From Octopus sinensis (Eukaryota): a DNA stretch of 64,000 nt. Shown one piece after another: positions 27,986 to 41,249 of this stretch (position 1 is its first letter; the number at the start of each line of letters is the position of its first letter). A program made the position numbers and the translations under genes. The DNA lies in NCBI RefSeq assembly GCF_006345805.1, contig NW_021836299.1, forward strand, positions 8,120 through 72,119. The letters are read 5' to 3'. The notes under the pieces were generated by a model. It saw nothing but the letters and a program-made list of their open reading frames with translations. It was not told the origin of the DNA and ran no database searches.

Positions 27986-28384
27986 TATGTCTTTCTTTGA
28001 GTGTGTGTATTAACGCTTTCTTTGTTCAACTTTTTAAACGTAATACTTCTAGGCTAATTCGTATAGAGGAAGTAGCTTTTACTAATGGTTTTGACTATTT
28101 CTGGTCTATTTTCGCATTTAGCATTCTTATATAGTATTTTTCTTTTGCGTTTCGTAGTTAATCATTTTCCTCTTTTATTTTGTTAAATATATTATAGAAA
28201 ACTCCCGAGGAACAGAATTTAGAAGTTTCAAGTTATTGCTCTGATTCACTAAATTTTTAAACTACATTTTTCTCTCCCATCGCAACTTGTCTAGGTTTTC
28301 AGTTAGCTAGTGAGCTACAAAAAAAAAAGCGTTTGAGTGACTAAACGCTACGGTTACGATGGCAAGGTATGCTACAGATCATAA

Positions 28385-28613
28385 GGCGGCGAGCTGGCAG
28401 AATCGTTAGCACGCCGGGCGAAATGCTTAGCCGTATTTCGTCTACCCTTATGTTGTGAGTTCTAATACCGCCGAGGTCGACTTTGCCTTTCATCCTTTCG
28501 GTGTCGATTAAATAAGTACGCACTGGGGTCGATGTAATCGACTTAATACCTATGTCTGTCCTTGTTTGTCCCCTCTATGTTTAGCCCCTTGTGAGTAATA
28601 AAGAAATAGGTAT
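28385..28613 (+). mobile_element. SINE family C, long-tail variant, full length
   Basis: GGCGGCGAGCTGGCAGAATCGTTAGCACG...GAGGTCGACTTTGCCTTTCATCCTTTCGG...AAAGAAATAGGTAT. Confidence 0.92.
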
Positions 28614-28870
28614 ACTACAGATCATTTTGCTTTACGCTCTAACGATTATACAATTCAGCACCGTAGCAGAACTACTTGCACACATTTCCTGCATAATACT
28701 CAAGATCTGCTATGAAATCTCTCATCCAACTCGGTAGGCATAAAAATATAGGAAATATATATATATAACTTTTTTTGATAAGGTTCATTTCAGGAACTGA
28801 AACATGTTATAATGTATATATAAAAATTAAAAATTGTATAATATAGCAGCATTTTCAAACTTCATTTTTT

Positions 28871-28905
<35 letters not shown>

Positions 28906-29311
28906 TCCTGATTTACTAAACGGCAGTTTGGGTACGGTTTGAAGGATTTGGATCATAGTTATGGTCGATCATTACTATAGTAACAATGGCAACAACAACA
29001 ATAATCAAACAGCAACAAATTTATTTACGGAATCTAGAATTGTGTTGAATATACTTGCATCTGTTATCTTGCATCCTTTACACGCTTTAATCATTGGATT
29101 GCACTATTCTGGGGCACACCATGAACAGCTTTATTTGAAAGGATCAAACCCGAATGTTTGTTTTGCTTTGTAAGGCTGTAACTTATTCTATCACTCTCTT
29201 TTGTCAAGCCACAAAGTTACAGGGGCGTAAGCAAACCATCAGCGGTTGCCAAGCAGTGAGTGGGGAGAAAGATAGGCACAGACCGACACCCAGACATTTA
29301 CGTACTTACAT

Positions 29312-29346
<35 letters not shown>

Positions 29347-29703
29347 ACACACACACACACGCACACACTCACACAACAAACTTTCACACATTTGCCATCT
29401 ACTCACAAGGCACTGGTTGGTCCGGGTCTATGGTAGGAAGCACAGTAGGATCGAATCTGAAGCTGCGTTACTTTAAAGCGAGTTACTGAAGCAGTCACTA
29501 TTGCCTACACCTATAAGACAGACCTATGGCGAATTAAATTACAACTGCGGTAGTGCAGTCTTTATTACTTTAAGCGGTGAACAACATTATACAATGTGCC
29601 CTTAATTTACTTTTATTTTAATTGCATAGTATAATTTAAGGAAAAATTGGCTGCTATTTCTATAAGTCCGGGTTCATCATTGTAACGATTTCGATGCTAC
29701 GAG

Positions 29704-29941
29704 AATACCTATTTCTTTAGTACCCACATGGGGCTAAACACAGAGGGGACAAACAAGGACAGACAAACGGATTAAGTCGATTACATCGACCCCTAGTACG
29801 CAACTGGTACTCATTTAATCGACCCCGAAAGGATGAAAGGCAAAGTCGACCTCGGCGGAATTTGAACTCAGAACGTAACGGCAGACGAAATACGGCTACG
29901 CATTTCGCCCGGCGTGCTAACGATTCTGCCAGCTCGCCGCC
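29704..29941 (-). mobile_element. SINE family C, long-tail variant, full length
   Basis: Reverse complement of the consensus. Confidence 0.92.
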
Positions 29942-30279
29942 CTATGTTACGAGAAAACCGAGCCTTTACTTACGTTCAATGTTAATATATCCATGTTTAT
30001 AGTAGATAGGTGCTGTTGGACAATAGCTAAAGCTTTACATCTGAGATTTCTTATATTTTTGTGGATACTATGACCGTCTTCCGCTTGCATGGTGATAAGA
30101 AAATATTACCCAGCTGAGTGAAAGATATCTCATAAACGGCTTTGCGTGGTACGTTGTAGCAGAAGGGATATTGTTGGTTTTGGAATTGCTTTGATGTTTC
30201 AGAAACAACATTTGTTGTCGTAATGCTGCCATTCATGATATTGATGGTTCTCATGATAGTGTTGAAGGTGGTGATGTCG

Positions 30280-30985
30280 AATGGTATTGTGTCTCATGTT
30301 GTTGTTGGTGTCGTTGTTGTTGGTGGTGGTGTTGGTGGTGGTCGGGGGGTTTATGGTGGTGTTGATGGAGTTTATGGTAGATGGAAATGGAAAATGCTAT
30401 TAATAGAGTTGATACCCGTTAGTTTATTACTGCTGTTCACTGCTACCAATCCTCCTTCACCTCCTCCTCTTCCTCCTCCTCCTTCTCTTTTCTTCTTCCT
30501 CCTCCTCATCGTCTTTCTTCTCCTCCTCTGCATCAACATCCTCACCATCGTCATCTGTAGCAGTAGTAGAAATAGCAGCATCAACGTTGTTGCTGCTGCT
30601 GCCGCCGTGCCGTCCACTTCAACATCAAAATCAACTTCATTGTCGTCGTTTGTGGTCATCGTCAGCGTCATCATCATCATCATCATCATCATCACCATCA
30701 TCATCCTCATCATCATTATAATCTATTATCATTATCGTTATAGCATAATTATTTTTTTCAAATAGGTCACTAGTTCACATTTCACTGCCACCACCACCAC
30801 CACCACCACCACCACCACCACCGCCACCACCAACAACAACAGCAACAACAACAACAACAACAAAAACAACAGCAACAACAACTAAAACAGCAACAACAGC
30901 ACCCTCACCACAATCATCACCATTACTACCACAACTACCGCAACTGCCATCACCACTACTACCACCACCACCACCATCACCACCA
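30280..30985. repeat. Trinucleotide mosaic (GGT/GTT, CCT/CAT, CAC/CAA)
   Basis: Direct reading. Confidence 0.88.
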
Positions 30986-32011
30986 TTCATTCGTTCAGCT
31001 ATCTCAGTATTCCGATCCAGTGAAATGAATATATGACAATAGATGTAAATGATGACGCGACGCAGCATTGATAACGGCAGAAAACAAGTCTGTAACAGTT
31101 TGCGATCTTGTTTTCGTGTATACTTTTATGTTAGACGCAGTGTGACTGAATAGTATGAACTTCGGTTCGTAAAAAAACACAGTCCCGAGTTCGATCCTAC
31201 TGCGAGGCATCTCAAGTAATTATCGGCCCATACATTGTGAATGAAATTGGGTCGACGAAATTTGAATAGAGATCCACCGGGGGAATTGTACCTGTAATTC
31301 CAAAGGAATAACCTCGTCTCACACTGTTACGTGCTGATTTTCCTTGAGAATTACATTAACTCTTTGTCGTGTCCAAATCGTTTTCATAATTTTGTACTAA
31401 ATGTCCATGTTCCCTTTTAGACTTTTAGTGAACCCTAGTTACATATGTTCTGAGTAATATGAGGCTCTTCTCTCATAAGACCCAAGTAATTCTGGTGGGG
31501 TTGAAAAAAGAAAGTGGGAGTGTATAGTATATGTGATGCATCAACGCCAAGGAAATCTGTCCTGTGTATCACATGTGAAACACAGGATAGGCAAAAAGTT
31601 AAGGGTACACACGTCTGTGGAATACTCAGCCACTTACACGTTAATTAAATTAGTAGGTTATTATCTGATCGTTATTATCTGATGAACTCACGTCATTGAA
31701 AGAAAAGATATTCACTATCATATGTTTATTTGAGTCTGTATGTATGTGTTTGTGTGTGTATGTGGAATGTATGTGTGTGTGTGTGTGTGTCAGTGTGTGT
31801 ATGTGTTTCTATGTATGCGGTGTTTGTTGGGAACGCAAAATGGCCGACTGGTTATGTAGTTCGCTTATAGCATCTTAGGTATCTTTTACTATAGCTCCGA
31901 GTCCATCCAGTCCTGTGTGAAAGGGATTAGACGAAAACTGTGTAGAAGGCAATTGGATTGATTTTATCAGTAATTCAAACACCCAGCCTTCTTATATTCT
32001 GTTATATTCAG

Positions 32012-32067
32012 GTCAACCCTATTAGCGCTTACTTTTGAAGTCACTTACATGCAAATTCAGGAAACAG
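32012..32067 (+). CDS. Candidate 56-nt exon (STLLALTFEVTYMQIQET if coding)
   Basis: Strong acceptor CCTTCTTATATTCTGTTATATTCAG|G and consensus donor CAG|GTAAGT. Only one frame is open (phase 2 in, phase 1 out). Confidence 0.3.
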
Positions 32068-32156
32068 GTAAGTTCCGTTGTTCGTAAACGTAAACGCTCA
32101 GAGTCGAAGCTGATGGACATTCATTTACCTTTTCACGTGCGTTTGTATACCCTTTT

Positions 32157-32575
32157 ACTCTTTTACCCTTTTACTAGTTTCAGTCATGTGACTGTGGCCA
32201 TGCTGGAGCACCACCTTTAGTCGAGCAAATCGACCCCAGGACTTATTCTTTGTAAGCCTAGTACTTATTCTATCGGTCTCTTTTGCCGAACCGCTAGGTT
32301 ATGGGGATGTAAACACACCAGCATCAGTTGTCAAACAATATTGGTTGGGGGGAGGGGAGAAGCACAGACACACAAACATATACGCACACATACATATATA
32401 TATACATATATCCGACGGGCTTCTTTCAGTTTCCTTGTACCAAATCCACTCACAAGGCTTTGGTCGGCCTGAGGCTATAGTAGAAGACACTTACCCAAGA
32501 TGTTGCGCAGTGGGGCTGAACCAGGAACCCTGTGGTTGTTAAGCAAGCTACTTACCACACAGCCACTCTTACGCC
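32157..32575 (-). mobile_element. SINE family B
   Basis: Reverse complement of the consensus. Confidence 0.9.
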
Positions 32576-32969
32576 TGTTAAGAAGTAATTCAGTTTAACG
32601 TTTCGGATGGGTGTATCTCTTCAATTAATTGCAGCCGCAAGACAATAAATTCTACGTTGTTTCATGACACATCAAATATACATGAATAATGAAAGTAGCC
32701 TCAATCTTCTATTTTACGTACAAGAGACAGTAGGAAAATCTCCCTCAGATCACTTTTAATTATCTTGAGAAAGAAGAGTACATTGAATAATGTAGTCATC
32801 GATATTCGATACCTGCGAAAATTGACGGGGTCGCTATGTCTGAAATATCACTGATTGTAAAGTTTGCTTGTCCGGGGCTGATATAAAAACCAAAACCAAT
32901 GAGGATGAGGACAGCGACGATGACGACGTCAACAACAGCAACAACAATAACTGAAGCAGCAACAGCAGT

Positions 32970-33335
32970 GGAGGCGCAATGGCCCAATGGTTAGGGCAGC
33001 GGACTCGTGATCGGAGGATCGAGGTTTCGATTCCCAGACCGGGCGTTGTGTGTGTTTATTGAGCAAAAACACCTAAGGCTCCACGACTCTCCGGCAGGGG
33101 GGGGGGGTGACCCCTGTTGTACTCTTTCGCTCTAACTTTCTCTCACTCTTTCTTCCTGTTTGTTGTCCCCGACTTCCTACGCAACCGCTGAGCCTGGATG
33201 CGCATTCCTCCATCCGTCGATGCTCTCGGTGTTGGGATTTGACCTGCTTTCTCTTCTGCGGGTCTTACGAATAGTAAAGGACCACGTATCGGAGTTCTTC
33301 CATCTTGCGAGCTCTGGGACGAAGACCGTTCGCAC
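32970..33335 (+). mobile_element. SINE head H1 joined to an unrelated GC-rich segment (tail T4 or a second insertion)
   Basis: H1 runs to CTCTTTCTTCCTGTTT (~33160), then a unique CpG-rich stretch ending in CAA/CAG repeats. Confidence 0.7.
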
Positions 33336-35296
33336 AACAGCAGCTCAACAGCAACAGCAGCAACAGCAACGTAGATATCCGGAATATACACCACAGGATA
33401 CTAATGACTGAGTCAATCTACCTCTCTCAAGACTGGGACTTAGTTACTGACCCTGGAGTGATGAAAGATAAAGTTTACCACGGTGGGTATTGATGTGAGA
33501 ACAGGAGCGGAAATAGTGATTGCGAGGCATTTCATCCTAAGGGTCTACATTTTTTGTTAATTCGTCACCTAAAAAGCTGCTAGGGGATCGTTTAGCCTGC
33601 AATAAATAGCAGCCAGATCATTTTCAAATCACACTTATCACTTAAAAAAAACAGGAAGGCCACAATGGTCATTAGCAGGAGCGCCTCAAATCTTGGCTCT
33701 GTTTAATTAGCGCTGACTGGGATGTACACAACAAGACCAATAGCAGCAGCAGTGACAGCAGCAACAACAACAACGACAACCAATTTGTACTTTATTTGTC
33801 ATGCGAACACATATTTCATCTTAGTCTCCAGTAGTGCTCGAAATAATCTTCATTCAACAATGTATATCAGAAGTGTATTTTTCTCGTGAACCGTGACAGG
33901 CTTCACTCGAGCCATGGGCTATGAGTAGTAAAGGAGACACATCTTCAGATATTCTTGAGTCGCGAGCCTTATAAGCAATCCAAGGAGCGTTTACCTCACC
34001 ACACTATCCGCTAAAAATAGCATTCATGAGTAAAAATTTTTAAAAATGTAGAGACAGGAGTGGCACTGTTGGAATGCCTTTAATCTCGAGTAAGTTCAAT
34101 CAGAGGAATAAATTTAGACATCGTGTAATATATTCAAAGGTATTTCCAACGCTGTTATATATAAAACGATATTGATTTTTATTTTATTTCTTGCACAATC
34201 TGTTCAGATCTACAAGATAATTTTATTATGTTTTAAGTCATTTCATTTTTTAAAAACATATGTAAGTTAAAATGCAAGGAGTTCTATTGTTAATATGATT
34301 GATATCAGCGGGATATTAGCACCAATTCTTGAATGATTTTATAAGATTATAGAAGACTTTGATAGATCAGTTATCTATCTTCACAGAGAATGGGACATGA
34401 ATTAATGTTATCCTTTATTCGTATAACCGTCATATTTGAGAAAATCCTGTTTTTCCAATATATTCTAATAACACATTCATTACAGTTTACAAGGCTTTAT
34501 TATTAATCACACGAAACTCAGACAATTCCGACTTCTTATCTGACATTATTCAAATCGCTCTTAAATGTGATGGCCATCTTCCTTATCTATGGTGATAAGA
34601 ATATATTAATTAAGTGAAGGATATCTCATAAAAGGTATCATAATTTTGTCGCATTAGTTTATTCTATGCTTCTTGAATCTTCGGGCAACAAATTATGTCC
34701 AGAGGAAGAGATCGACAGTAGTGTTGTCATACTCATCCTGTGTTGAGTTGCCATTCTTATATCAGTCCTACTTTAATTCATTTCGTATTCTTATAGTACG
34801 AAAGCTATGTGTGTGTGGTGCAGAAAAGAAAAAAATATGTTTTACAAAAGCTATCACATAAAAGATATCGTACAAAAGATATATTTGAAGTAAATATCAC
34901 ACAAAAGATATTCATAAAAAGATATCTCACAAAAGATAGACATGAAATTCTCTACCGAAAGATATATCGAAAAAATACCTGTACAAAAGATTTGGATGAA
35001 ATACATCCAAGAAATAATAAATGTGAAATATATATGTGTGTGCGTGCGTGTGTATGTGTGTGCAATACAATGAATGTAGCAACTATATAGCGAGAAAAAA
35101 ATGTTTTTAGTTTATAACACAAAAGAATGGATATCCAATGACAAATATTTGTGGAATTATCGCGCAGGCCTGATATTCTTGTACAAAAGTTACGAACAAA
35201 ATATATTCGAGGTTATTGTCCATCACAGAATATATATATGCATCATCTATAAATATACCAGGGAGAAAGAAAGTTACAGAGAGAGGGAGAGAGATG

Positions 35297-35338
<42 letters not shown>

Positions 35339-36625
35339 GAAGTGAGAGAAGACATAAAAACATAAATTACGTGTTTGTATTTGTTTCTACGGAATTTTTG
35401 GGTTATCATTCATACATACATATGAGCGATAACCCACAAATTCCAGAAAATATAAATACACGAATAAAATAATTTACTTTTAAAATTTCTGGATAATAAA
35501 ATACTTAGATTATATTTCTAAAAAAAAGTGGTTGTTTCAAGAAAAGAAAAAAACAATATATAACGTAATTGAAAAGAAAAATTTTGCAGCAATTTCAATA
35601 ATATCTGCACTTAGTAGTAAATGATTTTTCATTTAAGGACAAGATAATAAATTTATAAACGAAAACAAAACGATTCTGTTGCCTTAGAACGTTTATTAAG
35701 TGCATTAATAGCGCAAGTGAAATAAAAATGGCTTACACACTTGTAAATAATACAATGTAAAATGTTCATTCATGTCGTGTTTAAATATACATACGGTCGA
35801 TGTTTCTACCATGCTTACACTGCTCTCTTTACTTCTTAACATACTGATTATGCACCATCTACATGTCAACTACCTTTCCACGTAGGCATCAACGACGTGG
35901 CTTCCCTCTCATCCTTATTTTCTAGACTTAGGCTAAGCAGGGCTAACCACGCTGCATCAGTGTTCAATGCTCTCCAGATCAAATAGTATAATGACCATTG
36001 TCTTAGAATAACACCTGTTTCTTTGTCCGAGTATGGAGGAAGTTCAAAAGGCCATGGACATTGTTGGTATGTTTCCCATGAAAATTCTGAGCTCAGCAAC
36101 TTTGCAAGTTATACATTGTGAACGTTCCTACCTCTCGATCTGCTCCTCACTCATTCAAAATCTCTCTGCCCACCCCAAGTTGCTCATACATAGCATGCAA
36201 TTACACTTCCTGCCATTTTCGTTACTTTCTAAATGCTTACTGGGTATATACTTCTGTTCATATAATACACAAGAGGTGAAAAAAAGTTAAAATAAACCGA
36301 AGACTATTCCATCAGTCTTATATCTATCTCAACGAATAGAAGCGATGAAAATGCTTGAAGTGTAGTCTCGTCTCAAAGAACTTACTAACCTGTGGTGACA
36401 ACTGCAAATAGATTTTTTTTTAATATATATTAAGAGGGGTGGGATATACCATTTGCCTACCACACACATAAGTGTCCTTTGTCCCAAAGAATTCTGATGA
36501 AAGCAAAGTTGTTATCCTTGACTGCTACAGAGCTTTCAAACGTGTAAGGAAATATGTTTTATATTTTTAATATGTTTTCTTTCGTAAGATAGTAACAATG
36601 AAGCAGTAACTCGGAATTAACTAAT

Positions 36626-36700
<75 letters not shown>

Positions 36701-37169
36701 TGTGTGTATATAAATTCACACAGAAATACCCCACATAACTCAGTCAACCATCGTACAGGACAAAGGGGATAAACATCCCTCTGGTAAACATTCCATTATT
36801 GTTTTATCGCCCGAAGAAATGGATCCATGAAGATGATCTACCCGATGCCCGCGAATACTACGGACTACACTGTAATAATCCAAGGAATACGGACTGTGAT
36901 TATATGAGACGTGCGATTTGTGGAAACGCGCATAACGACGCATTAAATGTTTATAAATTCCATCCAAGGATTATTGTTATATATATAAATATTTCTGACT
37001 CGGGGTATAACACCAGTGGTTACCCTGTAGTGTTGAAATTTCCCAATCGATATTGGGAAATCGTCTTCGTGCTGAGAAGAGTCGAGTTCTTTATTTCATA
37101 TTCGTCAAATAGATAGATAGGTAGATATATATATAAGTATATATACACTTATATACGTGCATATGTTTG

Positions 37170-37228
<59 letters not shown>

Positions 37229-37550
37229 GCGTGCGTGTGTGTGTGTGAGTATATGTGTATCTGAATGTGCATATTACAACATATATCTATACTCCATACA
37301 TACACGCAAAAATATAAGTCTTCCAAACTGTTCTTGTCAAAGTGCATTCATCCCAAAACGAGAATATCCTGCATATATTTCAAAACCTGACTGCGTGAAG
37401 GCTTTTCGTAAATGATATCTCTACGATACTGGGAATATGTATCGTCTACATGCGTGTATATTCACATGGTTGATAAATGCTTCACCGAAGTGTATATAAG
37501 ATTATAAGGGCATGTAGATACACGTGTTAAACTTTATAGCCAACCAACCA

Positions 37551-37594
<44 letters not shown>

Positions 37595-37713
37595 AGAGAA
37601 TAATCTACTGCTGGTTCTCTTTGTCTCTCTCTCTCTCTGTTTCTCTTCCTTTATCGCATGCACGTGTATCTGGACATGTGCATACATTCTCACACTATAC
37701 AACACATATGTAT

Positions 37714-37750
<37 letters not shown>

Positions 37751-37769
37751 TATATATATATATATATAT

Positions 37770-37802
<33 letters not shown>

Positions 37803-37817
37803 GATAGATAGATAGAT

Positions 37818-37873
<56 letters not shown>

Positions 37874-38225
37874 TGCGCAATTTCTTCTTGAAATGTCAAC
37901 CCAGGATTCTTTGGTCTCACAAAACTTTCGAACCGAACTGGAGATGTCTGCTAAAATCAAAAGGGTATTGAATGTAAAGATAAATTGACGGGAGGTATCA
38001 GATATTACAGTTAAACGAACAAGATAAACAATACGGTTGAATAAAATGAAAACAACAATAAAACACAACAAAACCCTCCCCCAAAAAAACAAAAAGTAGA
38101 GTCGAGAGTGGGAAGTGTATAAAAGCGGTATATTTCAAAGAAGAGGCGTCAAATAGCAGCCATGTTGTATAAAAGATATAGCTGATAATATATATGCATG
38201 TGAGGCATATATAATATATATATAT

Positions 38226-38257
<32 letters not shown>

Positions 38258-39367
38258 ATAACGGGAAGCTTTATGAAAATAAACAAAGACGAAGGCAGGT
38301 GAAAAACAACAACGAACAATTGTATTAGTATGGCGTCAGGAAATATAAATAAAACAAGTCTTTAACGTTTCGAGCCTACGCTCTTCAACAGAAAGATACA
38401 CACAGAGAGAGAAAAAAACACAGAAAGAAGGAGAGAAAAAAATGCGTGCAGAGCTAACGAATCAACATGGCGATCTGATTTCGGCCAGAGGTCAAAGATC
38501 AAAATGAGACGCGAGAGCGAAATAAGGGGAGATAATAGGGTTGATAAATGGGTTGAGGGACCAGCTAAAAGTGCGTGGGGGGGTCTGGTGTGTGTATGTA
38601 TAGGGTTGGTGTATGTATAGTATGTATAAGGGTGTGTGTGTATGAGAGAGTATTAGTGCGTAAGATTGGTCTGACGTGCGTATTTATGGGGTTGGTGTAT
38701 GTATTATATGTATTAGTATGTATTAGTACGTATTGGTATGTATAGGTGGTGTGTGTGTGTGTGTGAGAGTATAGTGCGTATGCGGGGTCTGGACGTGTGT
38801 TGATAGGGTTGGTGTAAGTATTAGTATGTACTAGTATGTATTAGTACGTATTAGTATGTATTAGTTGGTGTGTGTATTAGTATGGCACATCATATGTGAT
38901 GTGATGTGTAAGTCCTGTGTGTATAGTGAGGAGAGGGGGAGGGGGAGAAGGAGGGGGGAGAGAAGGGGAGGGGAAGAAGAGGGGGAGGAGAAGGGGGAAG
39001 AGGAGACGATGGGGGAGAAGGAAGGTGAGGAGGGCGATGAAGGAGGAAAGAGGGAGAGGGGAGAGAAGAGGAGGGGAGAGGGAGTGAGGAGCAGAGGGAA
39101 TGGGAAGAGGGGAGGGAAACAGAGGGAAGAAGGAAGGGGAGTAGGGGTTGAAAGGATGAAGGACTGAAGAAGTATGGTCGGGGGAGAAAGGATAGGTGAG
39201 GAGGGGAGAGGGGGTTAGATCAGGAGGGGGGAGAGAGTTGAGACCAAATGGCGTATAAGAGCGAAAGAGAAGATTAATCCTGTTCACGGCGCAAACGGGA
39301 ATCCGGATGGCCTCTGTGTAAGGACAACCGAACACAGATAGGTGTTGCAAGGAGTGACGGTGGAGCG

Positions 39368-39370
<3 letters not shown>
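38258..39370 (-). mobile_element. Penelope-like element 3' end: GIY-YIG C-terminus, low-complexity spacer, hammerhead-bearing terminal repeat; (TA)n on both sides
   Basis: Minus strand 39370->39240 reads, across frameshifts, HSLQHLSVFG/LSLHRGHPDSRLRREQ/FRSYTPFGLN, the typical PLE endonuclease tail. A hammerhead-like motif lies at 38359-38396. Confidence 0.75.
38359..38396 (-). ncRNA. Minimal type I hammerhead-like motif (A6U core variant)
   Basis: UCUUU-CUGUUGA-A-GAGC(GUAG)GCUC-GAAAC-GUU-AAAGA: 5-bp stem I, 4-bp stem II, palindromic stem III. Confidence 0.55.
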
Positions 39371-39445
<75 letters not shown>

Positions 39446-39446
<1 letters not shown>

Positions 39447-39722
39447 TTTTACTCGTACTTGTTTCAGTCATTTGACTGCGGCCATACTGGAGCACTGCCT
39501 TTAGTCGAGTAAATCGACCCCAGGACTTATTCTCTGGAAGCTTAGTACTTATTATATCGTTCTCTTTTTGCCGAACCGCTAAGTTACGGCAACGTAAACA
39601 CACCACCATTGGTTGTCAAGCGATGTTGGGGTGACAAATACATACACACAAACATATACACACGCATACATATATACGAAGGACTTCTTTCAGTTTCCGT
39701 CTACCAAATCCACTGACAAGGC
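39446..39722 (-). mobile_element. SINE family B, 3' two-thirds
   Basis: Tail and part of the head, truncated at (CA)n. Confidence 0.85.
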
Positions 39723-39723
39723 T

Positions 39724-39783
<60 letters not shown>

Positions 39784-40357
39784 GTACAAAGTAAGATAGG
39801 GGTTATGAGGGTAACCCACTATGGGATATCAGTTATCCAATATACTGCTGGTAAAGTACCCAAATACTAAATGCATAAATGCTTATAATTGCAATGCAAT
39901 TAATTCATTTATTGTATTGGATGGGTGAAAGTAAAATATTTTACCGTAAATTCATAATACAAATAAGAAAATGGAGGAACAAATTCATTTCGATCATCAA
40001 CTTACAGATATTACAATTTCATATTATTTATTAATTATATAAATAGGAATATGAAAATCGAACAAAACAATATACATCACTATGATAATTAATAATACAA
40101 TAAAAATAATACAAATAAACTGCTCCTTACAGCTGTTTCAGCCTATGGTCAAGAGGCAATCCACCTTAAATTGCTCATATATGCCATTATAGTATAGTCT
40201 TAGGCATTAAGTGTATATTTGTCTGTTTAAATAACCAAAGGCCTAGTCAGAGGATATACATAATTACAAAGTTATAATAATATAATAATAATAATAATAT
40301 TGATATATAAAAAAAAAACCTGCTTCCCATACTATCCTATAAGAATAAGAAGATAAA

Positions 40358-40505
40358 TGGTATAGCTTGCTTACCAACCACATGGTGCTGGGTTCATTCC
40401 CACTGCGTGTCACCGTGGGCAGGTGTCTTCTACCATAACCTCGAGCCGACCAAAGCCTTGTCAGTGGATTTGGTAGACGGAAACTGAAAGAGGCACTTCG
40501 TATAT
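40358..40505 (+). mobile_element. SINE family B head
   Basis: TAGCTTGCTTACCAACCACATGG...GGAAACTGAAAG. Confidence 0.85.
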
Positions 40506-40670
40506 ATGTATGTGTGTCTGCTGTATCACTTTTTGCCGTTCTCTTAGATAACATCGCTGGCGTGGAGAGAGGTGGTATGCATAAGCGACTTCTAGTCTTC
40601 CATAAACAACTTTGCCCGGACTTGATCCTCGGAGAGGAACTTCCTAGGTGCAATCCCATCGTCATTCACG

Positions 40671-40709
<39 letters not shown>

Positions 40710-40944
40710 TCTGTGAGTATGTGTGTGTGAGCATGTATGTACATACACACATATATGTATATATGTGCAGGCGTACATGCATTATGCATGTGTTTTTATA
40801 TTTACCAATGTAGGTATGCATTCCTGCACGCATGTATTTTTGTCTGTACTTGCCGAGCTGATAGTTACTGCTAAAATAGTTTTGAGCCTGTTTTCAATAT
40901 GATCATAGTATCCGAACGTAATCAAAGTGCTGAATCAGTTGAGC

Positions 40945-41094
40945 GCTGGTAAACCTAACTTGCTCAAAATGTACCGGCTGTTTAGATTCTGAGTTCAAAT
41001 TTTGCCGAGGTCGGTTTGGCTATTCATTTTCGGGGGTTCGATGTAGTTGAATATCTCCCTTACCCATTATACCAATTCTTGTTCCTACAGTTGA

Positions 41095-41135
<41 letters not shown>

Positions 41136-41166
41136 TATTATTATTATTATTATTATTTTATTATTA

Positions 41167-41246
<80 letters not shown>

Positions 41247-41247
41247 G
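40945..41247 (+). mobile_element. Degenerate SINE C (short tail) with a long (ATT)n tail
   Basis: TTCTGAGTTCAAATTTTGCCGAGGTCG...CCTACAGTTGAAAGT followed by (ATT)n at 41098-41247. Confidence 0.65.
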
Positions 41248-41249
41248 AT

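Noticed and set aside
25408-33060. tRNA genes at the GGAGGCGCAATGGCC… heads
   Set aside because: A and B boxes are present, but there is no acceptor-stem 3' strand and the sequence continues into shared SINE bodies; these are tRNA-derived SINE heads.
35860-36230. Possible RTE-type endonuclease remnant on the minus strand (LRIFMGNIPTM…DLERLNTDAA)
   Set aside because: Requires several frameshifts to assemble; too weak to call by eye.
40115-40165. Hammerhead-like remnant on the minus strand (GGCUGAAAC-AGCU-GUA-AGGAG with palindromic stem III)
   Set aside because: The CUGANGA half of the core is missing; at best a dead remnant.
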